The notes beneath the pieces were generated by a model. It was not told the DNA's origin, did no database searches, and worked only from the letters and a program-made list of their open reading frames with translations. From Camelus ferus (taxonomy: Eukaryota), in NCBI RefSeq assembly GCF_009834535.1, contig NC_045697.1, forward strand, positions 56,794,001 to 56,858,000: a stretch of DNA of 64,000 bases, in the 5' to 3' direction. Shown here piece after piece: positions 1 to 12,173 of the stretch; position 1 is the first letter of the stretch; every line of letters begins with the position of its first letter. The position numbers and the translations under genes are program-made.

Positions 1-575
1 GAGCATATGCAACATGCTATGGATACAACAATTTCACCCCTAGGTGAACACATAGAAGTTCTCAAAAGTAATTAAAAGATTGTTCATAGCAACATTATTT
101 ATAATAGCTCCCAACTTGAAACAACCTAAATTTCTGTAGATTAGATACATATATTTTAGTCTCTTCATTTAATTCACTGTTATACACCGATGGAATGGCA
201 TGGACTATAGTTATATCAAATCAAGATGAATCCCATTAACATAATGTTGACTAAAAAGAGCCAGATATAAAACCTTAGGCAAGCATATGATTCCATTTGT
301 AGGAAGTTGAAAATCAGGCAAAACTAATTTGTAGCTTTATAAATATAAATTAAATTTGTAGCTTTATAAATATAAATATAAATTTGTAGCTTTATAATGA
401 GTACTTTTAGGGAGAAGTAAGGGTATAAAAATTTAGATAAAGCATGAAACATGCTTGTGGACTTTTTTTTTTTATAAATGACATTGCCAGTGGTTACACA
501 GGTGTGTTTATTTTATGATAATTCCTTGAGATGAATTATTTTTATATATGTGATTTTGTATATGTCATACTTCAG
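1..575 (+). mobile_element. Old LINE-1 3' end remnant (L1ME-like)
   Basis: Diverged L1 3' motifs in order: 'caatttcacccctaggt', 'gttcatagcaacattatttataatagc', 'atgattccattt..gaagttgaaaatcaggcaaaactaa', 'gtggttacacaggtgtgttta'. Confidence 0.75.
326..397. repeat. Tandem repeat, ~2.6 copies of a 27-28 bp unit (aatttgtagctttataaatataaat..)
   Basis: The unit restarts at 326, 353 and 381. Confidence 0.9.
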
Positions 576-3500
576 TTAGTGATGTTAAACAACATTTGGG
601 ATTTTATTCAACAACCAGATGGAAAACTGTTTGGAAACTGGATGGAAAACTATACTTCTAAGCATGCATTACACAAGTACATTGGATATTTGACTCGAAT
701 ATGTCTAACAGGAGTATGCAAAATTCTTTCCTTAATATTTCACAATGATCTGGACATACATGTGAATTAGGACAATTTGGTAATAAAAGACAACAAAACA
801 GAGGCTTATTTACTTCTCCAAAAGTCTAGGTTTGGCTGAATGTAATGGAAAAGGAAAAAGAAAGTCAGGAATGCTACTCAGAATAAGAAATGGTCAACAG
901 GAAGGAAAAGATAAGTGCAGATGAATAGTAAAGAATTGACTCATAGCCAATCTGAGAAGGCTCTGTAACAACACATTGGAATCTACATGACTAGACCAAT
1001 AACTCAGAACAGAGGAATACACTGGAGACATGGTAGTCACACAAAGAGTGGGGTCATCCCAGGGAAGCAATGCAGTAAATTCTGCCACAAAGGAATACAG
1101 AACTATAATGATCTTTGCTGAAAAGACTTAGAGCTGTTAGAACATGCATCCATTTGAGTGTATCCTGTAATCTTGTATCAAGAGTTATGCCTATGACAAT
1201 AACAATTGCTACATGTCATTTGTTTCTCAAGGTTGTCCCAAAGGTAGATTCTATTACTTCCATGTTGTGGATGTGGAAACAAAGGCTTGGAGAACTTAAG
1301 TAACACACCTAAAGTGAGGAAGCCGTTATTTCTGCGTGGGTCTATCTGATGCCAGCAACTGTGCTGTGTGCTTTCACTTTTCCTACATTCTACCAAAATT
1401 TGAAAACAAAGTGTACAAAATTCTTATGTTTTGTTCCTAGTGTTTACTATGGTTGTTGGAATTTTAAGAATACACTGTGAAAAACCGATTCAGGAATTTA
1501 CTCTTTTTCAACTCGCTTGCACAAGAGAGGAAAGGGTAAGGAGCCCTCTTTTGTAACACCTTCTCATGGAAAAAAAGGTCAGTAAAAAGCAGATTGTTAC
1601 AAGAAAGAATTATTACATTTAAGCTGCCTTCCTGAGGCTTAATATATTATATTTATTTCAAAATCACCTACCTTTCTGATCATTTTCTATATTTAGACCT
1701 GACTCCATGGTTATCATTTTATAGTATTTTCTTTTTTGAAGATTCAAGGCTTTGTTTGTTTTCTTTTATGAATAATAGACATTAACATTAATGTTACACT
1801 ACTGCCATCTTGTGAGTGCTCAAGATTTCTACTACTTCTTTGGCTTTTGCCAAATTGCACAAGCAGGTAGATTGATTGTAGAGATCGACAAATTACTTTT
1901 GATGATAAAACACAAGTTGCAATTAAATAGTACTTTGCAACCAAAAGTCATACTTAATCAGAAAGGGCTTTAAATAATTTCAATATGAATTTCACATGGA
2001 ATCACTCTTAGCTACTTGCCTTAGCTGCATAATTTTACTTACTTGTATATGTAAATATATGAAATATGAATTAGCCTAAATTAATACACATTAGATAAGA
2101 CTTCTATGTGCATGGTCAAAATTTTGAAGAGTAAACCTTTAAAAAGGGAATTAAATACTAATGTCTTTTTATTATTTCTTAGTGGCCTTGTAGATAGCTA
2201 GTTGACTACAATGAAGAGGTTTTGATCAATGGTAATATAAAACTATTTATTGATAGATACTGTGACTGTTTTAGGTACCCTGAAGAGTGTGATTCTTTGT
2301 GAATCAGTCGTGAAACTTCATTTTACTTGCAGATAATTTAAGGAAAAAGTTTCAAGTCATTGTTATTTAGAAACAATAATCGAGCACTCTACCCTCCCGC
2401 CACAAAGCTATATTTTCTCTCCAAGTATTTGAACTGAGTTGAATTAATAACATCTATCCTTTCATATCGCTGAATTAACCCAGTGATATTTATTTTAATA
2501 TATTCCCAATTTGAATGGGTGACATATTTTCTACACTTTTGTTATATTTCACAAAGAATAAGCTTTATTTAAGAAAAATGTGTTAACATAGGTAGCATAA
2601 ACTTTCCTTAGTGTAGATAACACTAAATAAATAAAAGGTATGAAATTATATACTTGCATTATTTGACAAGACAATCCAGATAATTCAAAGATCTAAATTT
2701 TTACTTTATCAATATTTAGTTAAATATTCCAAATGATTGGTTAGACTCAGTGGAGGTTTGCCTATCATAAAGATCACAATCTCAAACTTACACTAACAAG
2801 TCCTTAATTATTTATCAACAATCATACAAATTATTTCCCGGTTTTGAAAATCAATTATACTTGCACATCAGTTTTCACTCATCAAATTTGTTTGTCTTAA
2901 ATAATTGCCTTGCCTTTTAAGGGGTCTTCATACATTACAAAAAAAAAAATTAAAGACTTTAGAATATAAATTGAATTTAGTTTGTGGTTAACCTGAATAA
3001 AAATGTTGCTCTTTAGAGAAAAAACTCAATAATCAATTATATCTATTTAGTCAAGATGGGGAGAGACTGTTTAGGATTGCAGGGAGGAAGAAAGAGTTAA
3101 AAAAAAAAGCAAGAAAGAAGAAATTAGGAAAGAAGGAGGAAGGGAGGAGAGAGAAAGAAAAGATAAGAAGCCTTGTTTTTAAAACCTTTAACAAAGAGAA
3201 ATCCATTTGCTTTTTGCAGCTTACATTTAGATTGCATTTACACATAATAGTCTCATTAATTTTCAAAAAGTAAGAAAATAAACTAGGTCTAAAACATATT
3301 TTTGTCTCACAAAGGCATGCCTTTTTTTCAGAAGAACATCTAGAGGAATAGAATCAGAGTGAAAAACGTGTTTCCAGAGCAGATGACTGTAAATCAGTAC
3401 TGAATCAAATGACTTCAGAAAAGCAAAGCCAAATCTATGGCTGGCTACTCTAAATAAGTGACGTGGAACAAGAGTGACCATGAAACCTAAGCTGCCAGAG

Positions 3501-6149
3501 GCTTGACTACCTTCGGAGAAACTGAGAAAACTAAATGCCTATGTTTTCCTCTAAGAGAGTACCAAGAGTGATTATTGGTTTTATGCCTGAGAGCAAAATT
3601 ACCAGAACACATCTGTCTTTTCTCTATGTAGGTTGTTTCCTTGTGTTCAATTAGCTAAAATTTCCTTCAGTTTTCTTTTTTATTAGGTTATGAATAATAA
3701 TGAGTGTAGATTTCTGACTCTTGTTGAACTGTCTTATAATGCAGAGCTCTTGGAAAGAGGTTAATACATAATTTTAAAGACAGTTACGAATCCTTTTTTT
3801 TTACATCACACAGAAAGGTACGAAATTGGTTAGCTTGTAATTGGTCATAAAAATAACGTAAAAACACCGCTGTTTCACCTTGAAACACCTAATAAACAAA
3901 TGACACTTGAAAAAATGTGCTAAATAAAATTTGTTTGCTAACTAAGGTAGGAAAACTTCTCTTTTCCATTTATAGATATTAGGTAAATGTTTTTGAATCT
4001 GTGTATCTTATCAATTGTTTCCATTATATTTCAAATAAATCCCCTTTCAGTTAGCATCAGCTAAAATTGAGTTTCCTGATTTTCAACTGTATGTTACAAG
4101 ATCATAACATATTTTTACTTATAAAGTAAATATTACCTCTTTTACATATTTTTAATTATACTTTTATCATGAACAGATAATTTGTAAGACATCCATATTA
4201 TCAAATAGATTTTTGATAGATTCAACCTAACCTAATCACTACTCCTCAGTTTCCTACTGGCTTATTTTCACTTATTTAAACAATTTGCAAGGAATCCCAT
4301 TTACCTGTGGAAATAACTCCATGTAAACAGCCACTTCTCTAGCCATTGGATCCATTTCTCACTATATGAAAACCTCCCACGTTGGTGATTTGACCTTTAA
4401 AATTACACTGAGGGATCAGGAAAATACACAGAAGGGATAATTTATAGAAGATGCAGTTTTACTTTCATTACAGCCTTTGAAACTATCTGAAAACATTTGA
4501 ATTAGGCAAAAATTCTTCTCCTAGTAAATTACAGAACCTATAACTGTTCCTATGATTGAGCAGACCAATGAGTTTTAACTATGCTCCGCTGCTTGATAGC
4601 TTCCTTGAATAAAATTTTATCTTATTTTTGCAAAGGGCTTGAAATTACTTCCAGTAATATGTGAAGCTCATCAGTTTCTATTTATAACTCTCTAATATGT
4701 AAGCCTGTGATGGGCATCAGTGCCCTGAATCTCCTATAGATTCACGGTCTCATTTCCATGCTGATTAAGCCTGGACTGGCGTTTGTGATAATGATCCAAA
4801 GATCTTCATACTCTTTATATAACTCCCTAATAAAAGACCGGCACTTACACTACTGCCATCATTCCCCTTCTTGTTTGGAAGACTGTACTTTATGGTGTTT
4901 TAATTATTACTGTGCATTATTGTCTTCTAAATTGCATGAGGGCATAGATGTTGGATATGCTATGGTTCTTTATCAAAAGCTGAAAGGAAAAAAAGGAAAT
5001 GCCATTATCATTTTTACTCAAACATTGTAGACATGGATCTGGGGTATAATTTACTACTTGCATTACTGTAAAATTTCTTGAAAATTATTTACAGGCCCTG
5101 TAACTATTTCAGTCTCTTCCAAAATAGGTAATAAATTCATTGTGTCACTTTTATAATTGTTATACTGTGGGGAAATATCACAGTGGTCATGAAGCTAATT
5201 GCTTAAAACAGCGATACATAAAAATAGTCCTTTATGCATAATGCACCCTGACTTTTGAAAGATTTTCTATAATGTGATTTTAGTACTAATTACATAGATC
5301 AATAAAGATGTTAGGCATGCTTTTTTTGGATACAATTAGTGCAGCAGTGATAAAAAGCTAGAGAAAGTTAGCAAAATTATATTTCCAATATCGGCAAATT
5401 AAGTGATTAAATATAAGCCTTAATTAGAGCATCAGTATCATATTACCACTCAGGTCTCACCACAGAAATAGAAAACAGACAGACATAGACTTGTTGGACC
5501 ATCTGGATCGTATTACTAACATTTTTTACCCATAGTACTTCATTTGAATTTATATTTTTAGGGAGTAAGTAATATCCTTATTAAAATAAAAAAACAGATT
5601 ATGTACCTAGTAGCAGTGGTACTCTAAAGTATTATAGAAAATTGAGACACTCTGTATCCAAATCAGAGTTAATAATTCACTGCAAAGGATTTTGGAAACA
5701 TCAAACACTGTAAGAACACTCTACTAGGCACTTTAAGGTCAACATCAATTTTTATAAGGGTTGCCACAAATACTACAAGGCATGTCCTTCTGAAATCATA
5801 GCGGTGTTTTATACTACAACTTAGAATATCAAATAGTATTATAACCAGAACATGTGTTATCAAAAACTTCAAATTCTGTTTCTGTCTAAACACTAAATGT
5901 TCCGAATAAATGCTGCAATTCTTGAATGCACCACTTCCTTGGGAATTGACACCGTTAACAGGAGCCTACACGTAGCGGTTCTAGTGGATTTTTGATGAAT
6001 TGAAACATCCTCCATTATTATATTCTCCTTTTTTATTGACTTGACATCTATTTTTGTTTATTGTTAATACAGATACTCAAGGTATCTCTTCATTATGGTT
6101 TGCATGGAACAATTTTTTACCCTTTTAAAATTTTTAAAAATTTTATAAA

Positions 6150-7487
6150 ATGTATTTATTTATTTATTTTTAATTGGAGTATAGTTGATTCACTATGATG
6201 TGTTAGTTTCTGATGTATACCATAGTGATTCGGTTATATGTAAGTATGTGTGTGTGTGTGTATATATATATATTTCTGCATCCAGCACAGCTCAGGATGG
6301 GTGACGCAAGACTTAAGAAACAAAGAGACAAAGTAAAGAGCAAAGATGGGACCAGGGGACTCAAGATCTTGTGGATCCAGGGTCCCGAAAGCCCAGTCAA
6401 CATCATATTTATTAGGAGTATACAGCTCAGGAAAAAATGCGATCAAAGAGGAGAGGCTTTAATATATTCCATGCGATAAGCACCAAGTTCTGCTTGCTGA
6501 TTAATTGATTAATTTCAGGCCTATCCCTTCCAGGAACAATCACCCTCCTCAGGGTATGCAAAATTTCTAAATCTATCCTGTTATTGCCTCCGGGACATCT
6601 CGAGATAGCAAATATTTCCCCTGGGCTTAACCAAATGCTTTCATGCCAGAACAAAGTTCTCTTAATGGATCATCTGGCCTTTCAGGACCGTCCATTGTTT
6701 CACCCTCTTTCGTGCCCTTATGATCAATCTCAGGATTGCTCACCCCAAATTTTCTTTAGCATAATACATGCTTTAGGTCATCTACTGTGTCAAACATTAA
6801 AACAAAGCAAGCATGTGCATTTTAAGCAAGCAAGTGTGAATATAATATTTTAAGCTCATGGAAATTTAGGCGCGGCTTGTTTTCCAGCTGTTCATTTTCC
6901 AGCAGCTTGTTTCCCAGCATATATGTATATGCTTTTTCATATTTTTTTCATTATTGGTTATTACAAGTTATTGAATATAGCTTTCTGTGCCATACAGTAG
7001 AATTTTGTTGTTTATCTATTTTGTACACAATAGTTTGTATCTGCTAATTCCAAACTCCTAATTTATCCCTCCCCCACTTCCCCTTGGGAACCATGTTTGC
7101 TTTCTGAACCTGTTTCTGTTTTGTAAATAAGTTCATTCATGTCAGGACTACAATGAGGCATCACCTCACACCAGTGAGAATGGCCATCATTAAAAAGTCC
7201 ACAAATGATAAATCCTGGAGAGGATGTGGAGAAAAGGGAACCCTCCTACACTGTTGGAAGCAACCTAAATGTCCATGTGTCCACTGACAGATGATTGGAT
7301 AAAGAGGTTATGCAGGGTGTGTGCGTGTGCACGCGCACGCATGCAATGAAATAGTACCCAGCCATAAAAAAGAATTTTAAAATGCTATTTGTAGCAACAT
7401 GGATGGACCTAGAGAGTATCATACTAAGTGAAGTAAATCAGGCAGAGAAAGACAAATATCATATGATATCACCTATATATGGAATCA
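6150..7487 (-). mobile_element. 5'-inverted, truncated artiodactyl-type LINE-1, interrupted by an LTR
   Basis: T-rich tail and antisense L1 3'UTR at ~6150-6272 and 6920-7143 ('ttttaattggagtatagttgatt', 'gtttctgttttgtaaataagttcatt'). A sense-orientation L1 segment follows at ~7147-7487 ('caatgaggcatcacctcacaccagtgagaatggccatcattaaaaagtcc' ... 'atgatatcacctatatatggaatc'). Confidence 0.88.
6273..6919 (-). mobile_element. Solo LTR, ERV2 (ERVK/betaretrovirus-like) type, ~650 bp
   Basis: On the minus strand it starts TGCTGGGAAAC, has a TATA-like TATATTAAA (6458-6466) and AATAAA (6408-6413), then a pyrimidine-rich U5. Flanks tatata / tatatg resemble a 6-bp TSD. It splits a continuous L1 3'UTR. The class assignment is an inference. 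Confidence 0.75.
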
Positions 7488-7849
7488 CCATTTTATTTTT
7501 AACATATCTGTGTCTTTATATTGAAACTGGATCTCTAATGTCACCCAGGACACCAATTTATCCAAATAGATATTGATCTGATTCCTTGAGCAGGGACTGC
7601 TGAAACCAGCCCTATGCAAGACAAGTAAGATGAGGAAGCAGGGTCCTTGAACCTTTAGAATTTTCTACTGCTATTCTGTGAGGGAATAGAGGCTAGAAAA
7701 GGAAAAATTCCTTTATTCCTCTTCCTACAAAAGATAAGTTTCTAGCATCTTAATGTGGGATTCTGTATGTGCATTATCATAGAAATAATTTAGACTTATA
7801 AACTAATATTTTCTACATAGAAAACTATAAATCCATCTTTCATAAATAA

Positions 7850-8630
7850 TCAAATTCAACAATCTCTGAGTTTTTTTGTTCCATTTACCCTTAGTATAGT
7901 ATTTGATATGGTTGTGTTTAAGTCTGTCATTTTGCTATATATATGTATTTTTCATTCCGTCTGTTTCTGTTCCTTTTCTTTTCTTCCTCCTGCCTTTTAA
8001 ATCAATCAGATACTATCCATTATTTCATTTTTCTTCTTTAACATCATATACATTTAATTTTTTAGTTACTTATATTTGTTCTATTTGTACATATTGGTTT
8101 ACTTGTTTATCACATAATGGATTAGAATTTGCATCTTTAGTTTGTCATAGTCTACCTTGAATTAATATACCTCTTCATGAGAATTTAAAACAATATTTTT
8201 CTATTTATGCTATTCTTCTCCTTTGTTCTTTTTTTTGTCATCCACTTTACTTCTTTATATTTTATATGACAATTCATTGTTATCATTTTTCCTTAGTCAA
8301 TTTTCTTTTATAGAAATATTAAAAATTAAAATAAAAAATTTATATGTACTCATATATTTTCCAATTCTGGTGATTGTTTTTAAATTCCTTTGTGTGGTTC
8401 CAAGTGTCTGCTTATGTTCATCACTTCCTTTCAGTTTGAAAAATTTTTATTAGTATTTCTGGTAGTGTAAAGTTTCCATTGATGAATTTTCCTAGCCATT
8501 TTTTTTAAGCTGAAATATCTTTGTTTTACCATCATTTTTGAAGGAAGACTTACTGGATTCAAATTGCAGGTTGGTAGCTTTGTTTTTTTTTCTTTTTTTT
8601 CTTCTTCAGCACTTCTGAGATGTGAATATG
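7850..8630 (-). mobile_element. Old LINE-1 (L1M) remnant
   Basis: T-rich antisense L1M motifs: 'tttagtatttctggtagtgtaaag', 'tgaaatatctttgttttaccatcatttttgaagg', 'cttcagcacttctgagatg'. Confidence 0.65.
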
Positions 8631-9059
8631 TCCAATATCCATTATTCTGTCATATCTAAAGCTTTGATACAGATTTCAAAAATTATATCCTAAGTGATCT
8701 CCCTGAATGTTTTCTGTGAACATTCCAATATATGCAAATCCCTCTAACTAACAGAATATTTCAAAATGCAGATCCAAACATGTCATTCTCACATTTAGGC
8801 TCATTCATTAGCACACTGTGCCCTGTGATATAAAATTCAAACGTGTTAGTTTATTTCTCCACTTTTCTCATAATTTGAATCTTACCTTTTCTGTTTAAGT
8901 TTTATGTTATTCATTCTCTTATACACAAAGAAATCACATCAACCAATCAAAAACATAATAATTGCTAGTCCAATTAAGTGTTATAAAGCAATAAAATAAA
9001 GGAGTGAGGAATACAATTTTTCAGGAGAACCTGCCTATGTTTTAGGTAGATAGATCCTT

Positions 9060-9249
9060 CTCTGCTCCTCCTGCTTTCTTACTATAAGGACATTTGTGAA
9101 TATATCAGGCCCAGCAAGATAATCCAAAATAATTTCTCCAGCTCAAGATCCCAAATGTAATCACATTCAGTCTTTTTTGCCATGTAAAGTATCCTCAGGA
9201 TTCAAGAATTGGGACTTTGGGGAAGAGGTGAATTTTTCTGCCTACCACG
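9060..9249 (-). mobile_element. MaLR LTR fragment (MLT1C/D-like)
   Basis: 'tataaggacatttgtgaatatatcaggccc..ataatccaaaataatttctcc..tcaagatcc..taatcacat..ttttgccatgtaa..tctgcctaccac'. Confidence 0.75.
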
Positions 9250-10449
9250 GATTCAAAAAGGTAGAAAGATAATAATAAAATTTTTATACTTGTAGATAAA
9301 CTCAAAACACTTTTTAGTTGTTCTTCTCTAATCCATTGGAGTTATTAGTCATTAAGCCAGACCCTTATGTAGATCTGAAGTTTTTAGAAATTGCCATATA
9401 AAAGCAATCTTCAGATATATGATATATACCTATTTCTACATGTCTACCTAACTGAATGTTTATTTTCAAAATTCATTATGTTAATATTGATAAGACCCAT
9501 TGAATGTACTATTTCACTACTTGAAATGACTCATTTTCTTTAGGTGATTTGTAAAGCCTCATTGCACAGTAATAGGAATTTAATGGCAGAACTCCTCAAA
9601 TAAACCTCCACAATCCCAGGAATGTTCTTATCTTAACTTTCACATGTTATTATCTGCATATGTGCTGATTGGCTCAAGATTATTTTAAAGGTAAAAAGAT
9701 ACTCATTATGAAGTCACAGGTTAAGAAGATAGCCATCAACCTGCTACTAAAATAATTTAAGTAAGTGATTTTGCATCCATGTGAATTACCTTTAATGATG
9801 CCATATACCAAAGTAATTTGGTCTTCAGATCTTTTTAGAAACTTGCTTTCTTCCTGAAAGGAGTTTTTGCTTTCTATGATTTTGTCCTTTATATTTTGCA
9901 GAGGTTAAGCCACTCTTTGGATCACTAATGCTATTTCACATATTTAGCTTCACAGTATTTTCTTCCCTGTATTTGCATTTGACTGACAGTCTCAGATATG
10001 AATATAGTTCCCCATCAAGATGAAAGTCAGATTCTGGGCGTCTTAGTTGACCACTTCAAGACGGGAAATATGGACAGAAACACAATAAAACACAAGGATT
10101 GAACACCTTTTTTTAAAGAAGAAATAAAATATCAGAGACAATGTGATGTCACATCAGGAAAAAAAAAACATTTAGAGGATCAGAATTCTTCAGAATGCAA
10201 TGTTCTCCTTTTTCTTTTACCAGAAATGTATAAGCATAAATTTCAGGTCCAAATATTTTATAGGTGTTTGGAAAGAAGACAATGATATTCTGAAATTTTA
10301 TGGATCTGACTTACTATGATTCATAAAGAAAACATGTAGGAAGTATGCCCAAATCATATGCCATTAGAATTTAGAATATTTGACTGTGACTTACCAGCCT
10401 CTCTTATGCCACAGACTGCTGTATGGTTGTACAAATGGTATTGAATGAT

Positions 10450-10568
10450 CCTTCTACTAGACTGTGAACTCTTTGAGGTAGGAAGAATTTCTTTAACTTT
10501 TGTATCTCCAGTGTATAACAAAGTGCCTAATACTTATTTGATAGTTAAAATATTAAATGAATAAATAA
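10450..10568 (+). mobile_element. LINE-2 3' end
   Basis: 'ctagactgtgaactctttgaggtagg..tgtatctccagtg..aaagtgcct..aaatgaataaat'. Confidence 0.65.
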
Positions 10569-11662
10569 AATGTATGAAATATTATACTAATAAAAGAGAG
10601 ATGCATATAATACATTTTAGAAAAATAATAAATACAATAAGTGTATTTTCTAGTTCTGATGATTAAAGAAACTTCATCTTCTAAAAAAATATATGTATAT
10701 TTTTTCCTATTTATGTAAAAGGTAATTTCCTTTCCATAGAGCATGGTTTCTCCTCATTTTAGATACAAATATTTCTCTGGAACATGAGTTTCCAATCCTG
10801 GATTTGCACTGGGGGATGATCACTGAGGGGATTCAAATTCAGCAGGTATGTGTTTGACTCCACACATATCAATCATTTTACTATTTCACGAGTGATTCCA
10901 CTGAGGAGATTTAAAACAGCTGTTGTAGACTTAAGTCACAGTAGTTTTCAAAACTTCTGTCCCATAAACTGAAAATGAATCATTTTTACTAGATCTGAAT
11001 TATTTGCAAAGGGTGTTTACAGCCTAGATTGAGGAGCCACATCTATGAATGAGTAGTCCTTACATCAAAGTATCTTTATATGAATCATTGGGGTGAATTC
11101 TATTTCTTGCTCAGATCATTTCCAATGCAATTTCCTTTGAAGTTTAAATTATTGAAAAGCTGCTGTTTTCTATTAACCATGATACCAATAGATGATTGTG
11201 CCAGAGAAAAGAATAAGGCTATGTAGTCCACCAGGATCCATAATTTCTCATCACTTGCACTATGTAGGTTTCTCCCTTTTATTGTATCAGTAAGAGAGAA
11301 ATTTGGATTAAAAATTGAGTTAGAAGCATTAAAAACATTTCAAATGTTTCAACAATGTGATTTCAGACATTATTAATTTGAATATTTAATTGGAACCAAG
11401 TATTATATTCCTCCTTAGTGTCACACCAAAGAAAGACCTGATTCATACACAACATTTCATAAATGAATTCTGTAGTGACAATAGGTTTCTTTATTCTGCA
11501 TCCTCTTAGACTGCACTAAATGTGAGTAAATTCCTGTGAAGTACAAAAGTGAACATTTGTGAGAAAGCTGGGAGCTATAGGAAGGTTCATGCCTGTGTAA
11601 ACAATCGAGGAGAACAAGGAGAGAAAAAAAGTCATTGGATTCAAAATAACATATGGAGTGAA

Positions 11663-11804
11663 GGGAAGTATAGCTCAAGTGGTAGAGTGCATGCTTAGCA
11701 TGCATGAGGTCCTGGGTTCAATTCCCAGTACCTCCTCTGAAAATAAACCTAATTACCTCCCCTGCTACCAAAATAAAATAAATAATGAAACAACAACAAC
11801 AAAA
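11663..11804 (+). mobile_element. tRNA-derived SINE, camelid vic-1 type
   Basis: A box 'tagctcaagtgg' (11671-11682), B box 'gggttcaattccc' (11714-11726), then 'agtacctcc', 'taaacctaattacctcccc' and an A-rich tail. Confidence 0.9.
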
Positions 11805-12173
11805 CAGAGTTGGTTTCAATGAGCATAAAATATGGGGCAGGGGTGTTCCTCTCTGAAGAAGTTAAAAGCAGAAACTTCACTGACTTTCTTCTTACCCTAG
11901 TCAGTGTTTATCACTTAAAAAAACTGATCTGGAGTGTTCCTACTATAGCATGAATTTCCTTGTTTGATTAGAAACATTGTCTATTTCTCCTTTCTTCTTC
12001 CCATAGCTGTTCAGTCTTTTGTATCACCAGTTAGCTACCAGAAAGGAGAAAAATCCTCAAGAAGCACAAACCTAGATGCCACTTAATAGCTAAACATTTA
12101 TGATAGCCCTATTTCTCTGTATGTCCTTCTGATTTTTTCAAAACTGGATTTACTTTCATCAAATCTTTGTTCT

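Noticed and set aside
326..397. CRISPR-like array
   Set aside because: Head-to-tail repeat with no unique spacers, in mammalian DNA.
11663..11735. tRNA gene (also at 41049 and 48519)
   Set aside because: A and B boxes are present, but there is no proper acceptor stem and SINE body and tail follow; these are tRNA-derived SINEs.
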